DNA from: Methanotrichaceae archaeon
GTDB taxonomy: Archaea > Halobacteriota > Methanosarcinia > Methanotrichales > Methanotrichaceae
Direction: 5' to 3'
DNA length: 64,000 nt
Assembly (NCBI GenBank): GCA_963803145.1
Contig: CAWDLW010000030.1
Coordinates: forward strand, 32,001-96,000
Shown: positions 19,879 through 29,105 of the stretch, piece after piece
How the letters are laid out: the number at the start of each line of letters is the position of its first letter
How positions within the stretch are numbered: the stretch's first letter is position 1
Made by a program: the position numbers and the translations under genes
Notes under the pieces: model-generated
The model's database searches: none
Seen by the model: the letters and a program-made list of their open reading frames with translations, nothing else
Told to the model about the DNA's origin: nothing

Positions 19879-20922
19879 TTATAAAGGTATTCTCTCTACA
19901 ACAAGCCCGTCCTCTAAGGGATATCGCTCGATTAATGAAACAATGCAGCCTATGCTTTTTAACTTTTTCGAAATATCTTCCAGAATTGGTGCTGAGATAT
20001 CTATCTCGTCTCCTTTTAGAGAATACATTTCCTCTGGCACTTCAAGTGCCAATAGAACCTCAAGAGCATTTTCTATATTTCCACATATTGTGCCATGGAT
20101 AAGAGTTCCATCAACAGTTGGAATATCAAAGGGACGCGCAACACGTTCACAGCGCCTCTTGAACCTTTCCCTAAGTTGTACCGCATCCTTGAACCTCGAT
20201 GGGCAGTAATGCATTTTCACTCCATCGGGCATAAAGTGCTCTCTAGCTATTCTCTCACTGCCTATAGCCCCGCTGTGAAGTTCTTCAGGCCTAAAGCCAA
20301 GTGATTTCAGCTCTTCAGCGTTCGTGTCCGAAAATTCGAGCTCATTGATGTTCATAAATGCATCCGCGTCTCTTACGGCCTTTATTATCTCAGGTGCTGG
20401 CGCGATCGCTGGAATCTCTACACCAGCCTCAAGGCCCAGAGATTTCGCCTCTGCGAGCGCCACCTTTAGGCCTAACGGGTTCTGCCATTCCGGATATGGC
20501 GGATGAAATCTTATCTCATCAAGTCCCGCTTCCTTCAGCTTTATCAGGACATCTCTTCCAGGCATTAGGCCGGTGTAGAGATGGATATGATGCTCAGGCC
20601 CAAATGTGCGTTTTAAGGCCCTTATGTACTCCAGGACCAAGTCTAGCTTGAGCAGAGGCTCGCCACCCGTGATTCCTGTCCCCAGAGCGCCGATAGCCTT
20701 TGCCTCCTTGATAATATCCTCTATATCTTCCACAAGCTGCTCGTCTGCAAATACGACATCTCTCCCTTTTCGCTCCTCTGACAGCGGGCAGTAGAAGCAG
20801 CTCCGCCCGCACTTTCCTGTTACGAAGAGCACAAGTCCCGCCCCAATCCTGCAGATCTCACAGCCCTTTGGCAGATAATTGTAAAATGATCCTATAGAAT
20901 CCTCAGACCAGGCCATTCTCAT
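19879..20922 (-). CDS. Conserved archaeal radical SAM protein (COG2108-like)
   Basis: GCEIC...VLFVTGKCGRSCFYCPLS, GITGGEP, DEIRFHPP, NINELEFS. Confidence 0.88.
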   Translation of the reverse strand: MRMAWSEDSIGSFYNYLPKGCEICRIGAGLVLFVTGKCGRSCFYCPLSEERKGRDVVFADEQLVEDIEDIIKEAKAIGALGTGITGGEPLLKLDLVLEYIRALKRTFGPEHHIHLYTGLMPGRDVLIKLKEAGLDEIRFHPPYPEWQNPLGLKVALAEAKSLGLEAGVEIPAIAPAPEIIKAVRDADAFMNINELEFSDTNAEELKSLGFRPEELHSGAIGSERIAREHFMPDGVKMHYCPSRFKDAVQLRERFKRRCERVARPFDIPTVDGTLIHGTICGNIENALEVLLALEVPEEMYSLKGDEIDISAPILEDISKKLKSIGCIVSLIERYPLEDGLVVERIPL

Positions 20923-21015
20923 TTAGTACATCGCCCAAGCGGATCAATTTTTCCTTTTTGATCTCAGGTGGTCTCCCGAATTTAAGTATAGCGCGGCCAA
21001 AACATAAATAGTTTA

Positions 21016-21054
21016 ATTGTAAACAATAGTATTATGTCTACTGTTGTTTACAGT
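21016..21054 (+). promoter_or_regulatory. Inverted repeat around the antitoxin start, a probable autoregulatory operator
   Basis: ATTGTAAACAATAGTA (21016-21031) vs reverse complement of 21039-21054 ACTGTAAACAACAGTA, 14/16 match. Confidence 0.55.
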
Positions 21055-21261
21055 ATCCGTCTTGAAGATTCTACCCGACGGATGATGGACGAAATGGCTG
21101 ATGTCAACTGGCAGTCTGAGATCAGGGCGATGGTTGAGGATTTGGTAAAGGCGAAGAAGAAGCAGCGGTTTTTAGCAGAGGCCCGTAAGTTAAGGCTGAG
21201 GATGAAACCTATCGGAGTGAGCGCAGCAGAAATGATTCGAGAGGATAGAGATGCCAGATAG
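21034..21261 (+). CDS. vapB: VapB-type (RHH) antitoxin
   Basis: 75 aa, VYSIRL...VNWQSEIR...SAAEMIREDRDAR; overlaps the PIN toxin. Confidence 0.85.
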   Translation: MSTVVYSIRLEDSTRRMMDEMADVNWQSEIRAMVEDLVKAKKKQRFLAEARKLRLRMKPIGVSAAEMIREDRDAR

Positions 21262-21664
21262 TGTGATCTTGGATTCATCAGTTATTGCAGCTATATTTCT
21301 TTTTAGCGATGACGAGGACAATGCGGCTGAAAATGCCATCACAAACAAGCGCTTGATAACCTTGGACTTATCCATGGCAGAAGTAGGAAACGTGGCCTGG
21401 AAACGTGTCATTCATTTTCAGGAAGATAAAGAGATGATGCAAACAGCCCTTCGGAATTGTCTGGGCTTCATCTCAGAAGCATGTGTGGTCGTCAAAGCAC
21501 TTGATCTGGCAAATGAGGCATATAATATTGCAGTGGAGGACAAGATCGCTTTCTATGATTCGCTTTTCTTAGCAGCTGCTGAGAGGGAGCAAGTGCCTCT
21601 TCTGACCATGGACAAGAAGCTGTATGAAAAGTCGAAAGGAGATAGAAACGTCCGGTTAGTGTAA
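21251..21664 (+). CDS. vapC: VapC PIN-domain toxin
   Basis: VILDSSV, EVGNVAWK, YDSLFL, LLTMDKKL acidic PIN motifs. Confidence 0.9.
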   Translation: MPDSVILDSSVIAAIFLFSDDEDNAAENAITNKRLITLDLSMAEVGNVAWKRVIHFQEDKEMMQTALRNCLGFISEACVVVKALDLANEAYNIAVEDKIAFYDSLFLAAAEREQVPLLTMDKKLYEKSKGDRNVRLV

Positions 21665-21967
21665 AACGCTTTTTTGATTGTGGCTCGGGGTATGCCATCA
21701 GGCATTACCTGAGCAGGGATTCGCACTTCCTGGGCTATTAGTAATGAGAGCCGATTTATATTCTTGCACCTAAGGAAGGCTTGAGGATCTCGATATTGCA
21801 GCGAAGATAATTGGGGATAGGAAGATCAAGGCGTGAACTTTGATTATACCCACATCGCGCCGGGTGCTGCTCGATGCGCTTAAGGCGGGCATAATTGAGA
21901 CCTTGGTTAAAGCCGGTGCCATTTTGCGCCGCCTGGATGCGGATCTTGCCTTGGGGCACATATGGGC
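21664..21967 (+). pseudogene. Decayed, internally deleted LeuC/HacA (aconitase-family large subunit) fragment
   Basis: Hand translation [47 protein letters not shown]...LVKAGAIL/PPGCGSCLGAHMG with two stops and two frameshifts. Confidence 0.85.
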
Positions 21968-22055
21968 GCTGATACTCCGGAATCCTGAACCACCGATTTT
22001 TGAATATATTCAAGACTGACAATTTTTCGCTCTTAATTTCTCCGCTGGATGGCAT
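21957..22055 (-). pseudogene. N-terminal stub of a DUF262 (GmrSD/ParB-like) protein
   Basis: MPSSGEIKSEKLSVLNIFKNRWFRIPEYQRPYV with SD GGAGG; F.IP.YQRPY motif, cut before the conserved W. Confidence 0.75.
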
Positions 22056-22411
22056 TTATCATTCCTCCCGAATGCAGGATAAGCTATCTATCAGTATTAA
22101 GTCATTCTATAGGGTACCAAGAGTGCAGGGTTCTCATTCCCTGAAGTAATCCATAAATTACTTATGGCACCGATGGCTGATGCTGCCCTAGGTGTCCTAC
22201 CCCGAAAAGCATTCGATTACAATAGCTTATGGCCACTTTCATTCTTAGTAGGCGATTCAACTTCTATCTGAGAGTAATAGCATTTTGCAGTTAAAAGTTC
22301 ATCGTTTGCTTATAATACAGCTGGATATCCTTTTTTTATGCTGGAACCGTTCATCTTATCCCCTTCAACCTTATAGTCTGCGCTTCCAAAACCTTCCCCC
22401 ATAGAGGGGCC

Positions 22412-22444
22412 AGGGGCAGCCCGCGCGGCGACTGAGCGCGCTAG
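22412..22444. repeat. Short copy of a GC-rich dispersed motif
   Basis: GGGGCAGCCCGCGCGGCGACTGAGCG..GCTAG resembles 61662-61708. Confidence 0.5.
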
Positions 22445-22754
22445 TATAACCATTAGTTTTAGCGCCAGAAGAAAGTGTAGGCTTTATTTTGATTGACCCA
22501 AATGCAAAGTCAAAGCAGTTCTGGAATGTATGCTCTTGGGTTGCAATCTCTCTTGAAGAACGCCCTAGAATGGATTATTGATCAACTAGCCAGCACGGAA
22601 AATAGTAAACTGGCATCAAATGCTGTAAATTTCCATTTCGGCGAACGTTTTTAGGAAATTGGCCATATTAAAGGATTGCATATTCGCCATACGCTCTTAC
22701 CTCCTACATTGCCCTTAAAATAGTAAAACCAACATTGTTCATTATATCAGGGAG

Positions 22755-23642
22755 ATGAACATGAATCTACCGGAGAAAGACGTGGATCGCTTTTTCAGAC
22801 TCTTTCACGGTCTTTTATTATATATCAATAAAAAATTCAAGATTATAAAATCTCTGAAAAAGCCCGATGATATTTTCGGAGCGCCCATAAATGATGTATT
22901 GGAACTCAAAGAGAAGCTATACTCCGATCCGGCGATGATAGATACTTTTGCAGAAGAAAATCCAATGGGTTTTCCATCCGAGGACCTGGACGTTATTCGC
23001 AGCTGGAAGAATTTTGTTAGAGGCAACTTCATAATCATGAGCTACAAGAAGAATTATACAATTTTTCTAGAGCTAACTGATCCCCCAAAGGCTTACGGCT
23101 TATTGGGCCTGCGTTCTTCTTTTCAGGAGATGTTGGGGCAATATCTGCCCATATCAGTTGAACTGACGATGCTGCCGTATGAGGATAAAATTACATATGA
23201 CGGAACCCTTCTCTCCAATAGAGTAATTTTTGGCCCCAATATGCGAAGAGATTTCCGCATCCATCTTAATCAGGCCAAAGGGCTGTATGGGATAATAACT
23301 CGGCTTCCTTTCGAGCCAGAAAAATCTGAACCTACCGATCTTGAAAAGCTGGAAATATACTTAAAAACCAAAGACAGCAGAGATGCATACTTTTCCGAAA
23401 TTCAGGATCTGATAAGTAAAGATCCCGAACTGAAGATATACTATTCACAAACTATGGGCAAGGTTGAATCTCAGACCTTGAAAAGAAAACTTAAGAGCGC
23501 TGGCGTGAAGAGAGGCTGGTTTGCCTTACTTGATAACATGATCATAGCAGGCGGAAGATCAAAAGGCGAAATCGAAAGCGCTCTGAACGAGATGCTGGAT
23601 GATGATAAGAGAAAGCATGTGTATTTATTCAATTTGAAATGA
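22755..23642 (+). CDS. Hypothetical protein (295 aa)
   Basis: Long AT-rich ORF with GGGAG immediately upstream; no motif assigned. Confidence 0.75.
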   Translation: MNMNLPEKDVDRFFRLFHGLLLYINKKFKIIKSLKKPDDIFGAPINDVLELKEKLYSDPAMIDTFAEENPMGFPSEDLDVIRSWKNFVRGNFIIMSYKKNYTIFLELTDPPKAYGLLGLRSSFQEMLGQYLPISVELTMLPYEDKITYDGTLLSNRVIFGPNMRRDFRIHLNQAKGLYGIITRLPFEPEKSEPTDLEKLEIYLKTKDSRDAYFSEIQDLISKDPELKIYYSQTMGKVESQTLKRKLKSAGVKRGWFALLDNMIIAGGRSKGEIESALNEMLDDDKRKHVYLFNLK

Positions 23643-23789
23643 ATCCATATACTCGCCTAAGTGCATTTTGAATCATGAAGGGTTTATCGTCTCAGCAACA
23701 GTTCCAATCATCAAAACGGTTATCAGATAGAAGCGGCGATATCCTCGCAGAATAGAATATCAGATAAAAATATATTAGGATGGCTATCT

Positions 23790-25592
23790 GTGAGAGAATA
23801 TCTCCTGGGAAACACGGCTATTGCAAAGGGCATTCTCGAGGCGGGAGCAGGGCTTGTGGCCGGCTACCCTGGAACCCCCTCCTCAGAGATCATTGAGAGC
23901 ATTGTCGGACTCAAGGGCAATCTGCCGATGCATGTGGAATGGTCTGTGAATGAGAAGGTCGCCCTTGAGGTGGCAATTGGAGCCTCATGGAGCGGCACAA
24001 GGTCTGTGGCAACTATGAAGCATGTAGGCCTGAATGTAGCAGCAGATCCCTTCATGACATTGGCATACCTCGGCGTCGGGGCCGGGTTAGTTATAGTATC
24101 TGCAGATGATCCGTATTGCCACTCATCCCAGAATGAGCAGGACTCAAGGCGATACGCGAGCTTCGCATCCATACCGTGCCTCGATCCGAGCGATCCTCAG
24201 GAGGCAAAGGATATGACGGTCTTCGGTTTTGATCTATCGGAGAGGTTCAATGTCCCAGTGATGCTCCGGCCAACGACGCGCGTCTCTCATGCTAGGGCTG
24301 ATGTTGAGATCGCTGAGCGTAAAGTTGAGCGTAATCAACCTGGCAGCAACGCACATTTTATCAAGGACCCATCACGGCGTGTTGCACTGCCGGTCCACGC
24401 CAGACCTCTTCATACTGAGCTACTAACGAAACAGCCGGAGATTGAGAAGGCCCTTCATGATGCGCCCTGGAATAGGCTTGCCTTAAAGGGTGATCATGGA
24501 ATCATCGCCTCAGGCATAGCCGCGCTATATGCTGAGGAGGCGATACAAGACCTTGATCTGGACATGTCATTCCTGAAGATCGGAACGTTCCCTGTGCCAT
24601 CTGCTATGATTGAAAAGCTGCTGAAGAATGTCAGCAAGGTCATGGTGGTCGAGGAGCTTGAGCCTGTTTTGGAAGAGCAGGTGGAAAGGATCGCGAGGAA
24701 AGTCAATCCCAATGTTGAGATTTTGGGGAAGGATGGCCATATTCCGAGAGTTGGCGAACTTGATTTACTACCTGTCAGAAATGCCATAGCAAGGATGGAA
24801 GGTAAGGCTCCACGGCCGGACGTGAGGATTGATGCAGTGAAGATAATTCCACCGAGGCCGCCTGCGCTGTGTCCCGGATGCAGCCATCGAGCGACCTACT
24901 ACGCAATGCGCAAGGCATTCGGCAAGAATGCGATTTATCCCAGCGACATCGGCTGCTATACAATGGCTGTCAACATGGGAACTGTGGATACCTGCCTCTG
25001 TATGGGAGCAAGCATTACTTTGGCAAGCGGCATAAGGTTCGGAGGCGTTACAAATGATATCTGCTGTAGCATTGGAGACTCTACATTCTTGCATGGAGGG
25101 CTTACCGGCCTGCTGAATGCCGCATACAATAATGCAAAAATAACCGTAACTGTTCTGGACAACTCAACCACAGCCATGACAGGCCATCAGCCTCATCCGG
25201 GCACAGGAGTTACGGCTGAAGGAGTGCGAACAAACCAGGTATCGATTGAGGCGGTAGCAAAGGCTCTGGGAGCCGGCCTCGTGGAGGTTATCGATCCATA
25301 CGATACAGGAAAAGCAATAGAAGCATTCCGCAGGGCGAAGGAGTATCCAGGGCTCTCAGTCGTTGTTGCAAGGCAGGCATGCGTTATAAATGCACGAAGA
25401 TCCGGGGCCAAACGAAAAGTTTTCGCTGTGGGCCAGGACTGCGCGGGCTGCAAAATCTGCGTCGAATTCGGCTGTCCGGCTATAGAGTTCGATGCTGAGT
25501 TGGAGAAGGCAACGATTACATCCCCATGCACGGGCTGTGGCGTCTGCGCACAGATATGCCCGAGCTCCGCCATAGAGGAGGTGTTGGGATGA
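23790..25592 (+). CDS. iorA: Indolepyruvate ferredoxin oxidoreductase alpha subunit
   Basis: GYPGTPSSEI, NEKVALE, MKHVGLNVAADP, SSQNEQDSR, RPPALCPGCSHR, GDSTFLH, C-terminal ferredoxin. Confidence 0.95.
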   Translation: MREYLLGNTAIAKGILEAGAGLVAGYPGTPSSEIIESIVGLKGNLPMHVEWSVNEKVALEVAIGASWSGTRSVATMKHVGLNVAADPFMTLAYLGVGAGLVIVSADDPYCHSSQNEQDSRRYASFASIPCLDPSDPQEAKDMTVFGFDLSERFNVPVMLRPTTRVSHARADVEIAERKVERNQPGSNAHFIKDPSRRVALPVHARPLHTELLTKQPEIEKALHDAPWNRLALKGDHGIIASGIAALYAEEAIQDLDLDMSFLKIGTFPVPSAMIEKLLKNVSKVMVVEELEPVLEEQVERIARKVNPNVEILGKDGHIPRVGELDLLPVRNAIARMEGKAPRPDVRIDAVKIIPPRPPALCPGCSHRATYYAMRKAFGKNAIYPSDIGCYTMAVNMGTVDTCLCMGASITLASGIRFGGVTNDICCSIGDSTFLHGGLTGLLNAAYNNAKITVTVLDNSTTAMTGHQPHPGTGVTAEGVRTNQVSIEAVAKALGAGLVEVIDPYDTGKAIEAFRRAKEYPGLSVVVARQACVINARRSGAKRKVFAVGQDCAGCKICVEFGCPAIEFDAELEKATITSPCTGCGVCAQICPSSAIEEVLG

Positions 25593-26176
25593 GAACATCA
25601 GAATGCGACATAGTGATAGTAGGTGTGGGAGGCCAGGGAGTCATACTTATCTCAGATGTCCTAGGGCGGGCAGCGGTCATTGCCGGCAAGGCAGTTCGCG
25701 GAGCAGAGACTCACGGCATGGCGCAGCGTGGAGGCAGCGTCATAAATCACACACGTATAGGCTGCAAATTCAGCCCAATGATCTCCTCAGGAAGTGCTGA
25801 TGTACTCCTCGCGCTCGAACCTGCAGAGGCACTGCGTTTCGCTCATTACCTCTCCCCCGACGGCATCGCACTTGTGAACACTAGGCCAGTGCTGCCAATA
25901 ACTGTAACCACGGGCAAGGCAAGCTACCCGCCAGTGGATGAGATCCTGAAGCAGCTTCATGGCATCTGCAAAGAGATGAAGTCAATGGATGCGACATCTC
26001 TTGCGGCGACTGCAGGAACGCCGCAGGCGATGAATGTCGTCATGCTGGGCGCTCTCTCGAAGTACATCCCTCTGGCAGAAGAGCTGCTTATTGATGCGCT
26101 TTGCGATGTAGTGCCAGCAAAGTATCTGGATATCAATAAACATGCCTTCAGGCTTGGAAAAGCTGAAGTAGAATAG
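25589..26176 (+). CDS. iorB: Indolepyruvate ferredoxin oxidoreductase beta subunit
   Basis: GVGGQG, ETHGMAQRGGSV; ATGA overlap with iorA. Confidence 0.94.
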   Translation: MRTSECDIVIVGVGGQGVILISDVLGRAAVIAGKAVRGAETHGMAQRGGSVINHTRIGCKFSPMISSGSADVLLALEPAEALRFAHYLSPDGIALVNTRPVLPITVTTGKASYPPVDEILKQLHGICKEMKSMDATSLAATAGTPQAMNVVMLGALSKYIPLAEELLIDALCDVVPAKYLDINKHAFRLGKAEVE

Positions 26177-26194
26177 GCATCTACTAGTAAAATC

Positions 26195-26869
26195 ATGGAA
26201 GAAGAAAAGAAGTTGGAAGAGCAGAAGGAAGAAGATAAGGAAGCAGAAGGGGAGAAGCCTGTAGTAACACGGTCGATGATGGAAGAGGCATCGTGCGCCA
26301 CATGCGGAGCTGAAGAGGAAACGGCGATGCCTGCAAACCTGCCAGATCCCAACTGGCCTACTGAAAAGCTTGTAGAGGCCCTAAAGGATAAGCATATGCT
26401 CGTTCGGTCGAATGCTGTCATGCTTCTATCGAAGAGGCCGCTTCAGGAGTCAACCGAGCCATTGGTAGAGGCTCTAAAGGACAAGGATTATCTTGTCAAG
26501 AGCAACGCGATGATTGCACTATCATCCTTCGGCCGCCAGATTTTCGATAGAATGCTTGCAGCCTTGAGCGATCCAGATCCCGACGTGCGCGCTGGTGCCG
26601 CGTGGATTTTAGGAGAGCTAAAGGATCAGAGAGCGATAGATGCCCTACAGAAAGTTGCAAATGATGATTATCCGCTTGCACGGATACAGGCAAAGGCATC
26701 GCTGATGTCTATGGGGGTAATAAAGCCCAAGAAGGTCGAGAAGAAGGCTGAACCCGCCGAGAAGCCTGAAGAGACAAACGAGATGCCTGAAACGACAAGT
26801 GAGAAGGCTGAAGGAACAAGCGAGAAGGTTGAAGAAACAGGCGAGAAAGCTGAAGAGAAAAAAGATTGA
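26195..26869 (+). CDS. HEAT/PBS-lyase repeat protein with charged tails
   Basis: LVEALKDK..VRSNA, DPDPDVRAGAAWILGEL; N-terminal CxxC. Confidence 0.85.
   Translation: MEEEKKLEEQKEEDKEAEGEKPVVTRSMMEEASCATCGAEEETAMPANLPDPNWPTEKLVEALKDKHMLVRSNAVMLLSKRPLQESTEPLVEALKDKDYLVKSNAMIALSSFGRQIFDRMLAALSDPDPDVRAGAAWILGELKDQRAIDALQKVANDDYPLARIQAKASLMSMGVIKPKKVEKKAEPAEKPEETNEMPETTSEKAEGTSEKVEETGEKAEEKKD
26795..26857 (+). repeat. 3 x 21-bp coding tandem repeat (TSEKAEG/TSEKVEE/TGEKAEE)
   Basis: ACAAGTGAGAAGGCTGAAGGA / ACAAGCGAGAAGGTTGAAGAA / ACAGGCGAGAAAGCTGAAGAG. Confidence 0.7.
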
Positions 26870-26878
26870 GCAAGCGTC

Positions 26879-26917
26879 CCCTTCTGAGCTCAAGTTCCAG
26901 AAGGGATTCTTTGTTTT
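26879..26917 (+). terminator. Hairpin plus T-rich tract after the HEAT gene
   Basis: CCCTTCTG...CAGAAGGG followed by ATTCTTTGTTTT. Confidence 0.55.
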
Positions 26918-27163
26918 AAATTCGCTATTTTAATAGTACGTATGATTATCGGTAGGCACTTATTATTATCAACACTAGGATCTATGATCTTTTGAACATT
27001 TGGTTTATCCATAAATACTGTATCATGATTCCATCGAATATCAATTGAGATCAGAAGTTATCTGTATCGCATTACTAGGAATCTGCAGTAAAATAAGCTC
27101 TGATCTCGGTATACCTAATAAAATATATCAATATAAAGATACACTAAAGTATTACGGAGTATA

Positions 27164-27388
27164 ATGGCAGGAAGCGTATACAGTATAATAGAGCTTGTTG
27201 GATCATCCCAGAATAGCTGGGAGGAGGCTGCTCAAAATGCAGTTGCTGCAGCCTCGAAGAAGCTTATGAACATCAGGATTGCCAGGGTAGCAGAGCTTGA
27301 TGCAAAGCTGGAGGACGGAAGGATTGTGGAGTATAGGGCAAAAATTAGATTTTCATTCAAGGTTGAAATTGAGCCCGAAACGCTTTGA
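27164..27388 (+). CDS. Dodecin family flavin-binding protein
   Basis: VYSIIELVGSS..SWEEAAQNAV...YRAKIRFSFK, 74 aa. Confidence 0.9.
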   Translation: MAGSVYSIIELVGSSQNSWEEAAQNAVAAASKKLMNIRIARVAELDAKLEDGRIVEYRAKIRFSFKVEIEPETL

Positions 27389-27486
27389 TGATAATTTGCT
27401 TTTAGCCATATTGCAATTTGTTCGCTGAGATAACCTTCTTCACCGCGCATAAAATCCAAAAATTTCGATCCGGATTTTGGAAACGG

Positions 27487-27605
27487 CTGCTGTGTCGCAT
27501 AATTCAGGAATCACGATGGCAATAGGTATCGATTTCACTCATTTTACCTACAACGCTACTATGCTCCGTTGCTTATCGATTTCGGTGAGTTATGCAACAC
27601 AGCAG
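27487..27605. mobile_element. 119-bp MITE-like element
   Basis: Terminal inverted repeats CTGCTGTGTCGCATAATTCA / CTGCTGTGTTGCATAACTCA (18/20); no ORF; no clear target duplication. Confidence 0.7.
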
Positions 27606-27643
27606 AAAAAGAAGGATTTGCCAAAATCTCCCTCAAGCCCACC

Positions 27644-28387
27644 TCATTGATTATCAGTGTCTTGATACATGCCGTTAGATTCCTGCATATTGGGTACATA
27701 TTCTCCCCTGGACGCTGCTAGAATATTATCAAGCTCATAGAAATCATCTGATTCTGCTTGGGAGATATCCTGAAGAGTCAGCTCTTTATTCGTCTGAGCT
27801 GCCTTATTATTGGAATCAAGTATAAGCGCCTTATTAAAACAATTCAGGGCTTCCTGATATTTTTTCTGATCTCTAAGAACAACTCCCTTGTCATTCCAGC
27901 CCTTTGGATCCAGTGGATTTATCGTTATAGCCCTATCGAAGCTTGCAAGAGCTTCATCCGACATGCCTAAATTGGATAGAGTCATGCCTTTGATTATCAA
28001 TGCGCCGTAATTATTAGGGTTGAGCTCTAGAGATTTATCGAGACATGTAAGGCCTTCGTTGTATTCTCCTAGATTTACAGAAAGCGCGGTGCCTTTATAG
28101 TACCAGGCATTAGCATTAGATGAATTTAGCGAAATGGCCTTATCAAAGCTAGTAAGGGCATCGCTGTATTTGCCGAGGTTTGCGAGTGCTACCCCTTTGC
28201 TGACCAATATAGTGGAATTGTTTTGGTCCAGATCTAAGGCTCTATCGTAAGCGGAAACGGCCGTATCGTAGCTGCCACTGAGGGAGAGCTGATCGCCCCT
28301 GGCAGCCCAATCGTTTGCAGTGACTTCTCCCATAGCAGGCAACATGCATATCGCAATAAACACCAGGATAGTAATAGCGATCTTCAT
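27644..28387 (-). CDS. Secreted TPR protein
   Basis: Signal peptide MKIAITILVFIAICMLPAMG then about five 34-aa TPRs. Confidence 0.88.
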   Translation of the reverse strand: MKIAITILVFIAICMLPAMGEVTANDWAARGDQLSLSGSYDTAVSAYDRALDLDQNNSTILVSKGVALANLGKYSDALTSFDKAISLNSSNANAWYYKGTALSVNLGEYNEGLTCLDKSLELNPNNYGALIIKGMTLSNLGMSDEALASFDRAITINPLDPKGWNDKGVVLRDQKKYQEALNCFNKALILDSNNKAAQTNKELTLQDISQAESDDFYELDNILAASRGEYVPNMQESNGMYQDTDNQ

Positions 28388-28661
28388 AGAAGCCCTTATT
28401 ATTCTAAAAGGTAATATATCTCTATCCCTTCGCTTTAAAATATAATTGTGTCCATTATTTCCATAGCATCTTTGTGAGTTCGGCTAATGAATGATGTCAT
28501 ACTAAACCGCAAAGACATAAAGACGCAAAAAAAGGATCTGCGCTGATGTTCTGAGAGAGCCTCAGCTAAAGAAGTAATGTTAGCAGCTTCTGGTCTATTG
28601 TAGTACCGTCGAAATATCTTCCCATCAATCAAGAAGCCATAAGCTGGCTATGATATCAGTC

Positions 28662-28826
28662 TTAAAGCCAGCGCCGATGGCGTCCCAGTATGATCGCTAT
28701 TATGGCCAGAACAATGAAGAGGATAACCAGCCATATGGCGGGTATTCCTAAGATACTCACTCCTAATATCCCCAATATAAGGGCGATTATTAAGAAAATT
28801 ATAGCCCAGTTAAGGAACTTTGCCAT
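28662..28826 (-). CDS. Small two-helix membrane protein, DUF1328-like (54 aa, below ORF-track cutoff)
   Basis: MAKFLNWAIIFLIIALILGILGVSILGIPAIWLVILFIVLAIIAIILGRHRRWL; SD AGGAG. Confidence 0.75.
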   Translation of the reverse strand: MAKFLNWAIIFLIIALILGILGVSILGIPAIWLVILFIVLAIIAIILGRHRRWL

Positions 28827-29105
28827 TTATGGATACTCCTAAATATTCAGTCCAATTCTATATCGTACTCTAAACTATTTATAAATTTTCTGTAAGATAT
28901 ATGATATGTATCACTAAATACCTAAACGATTTGGACTTATGCAGTAAGGCTGGCTCCTTTGTTCGATCGCTATCCTCACATAAAACAGAGAACGCTGCTA
29001 ATAAATGAATAGCATGATTTTATTTCACCGCAGTCCAGCAAGATCACGCCCAGCGCTCCAAGCGCTCTCACTAAGAAACCTTTATAAACCATGGGTTGAT
29101 GTTTA

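Noticed and set aside
21756-22055. 99-aa minus-strand ORF as an intact gene
   Set aside because: Only the first ~33 codons are DUF262-like; the rest is antisense read-through of the leuC fossil
22616-22690. 24-codon minus-strand ORF with strong SD AGGAGGT
   Set aside because: Too short and motif-less; probably a gene remnant
28435-28632. 65-aa minus-strand ORF
   Set aside because: No SD or motif; cannot support as a gene
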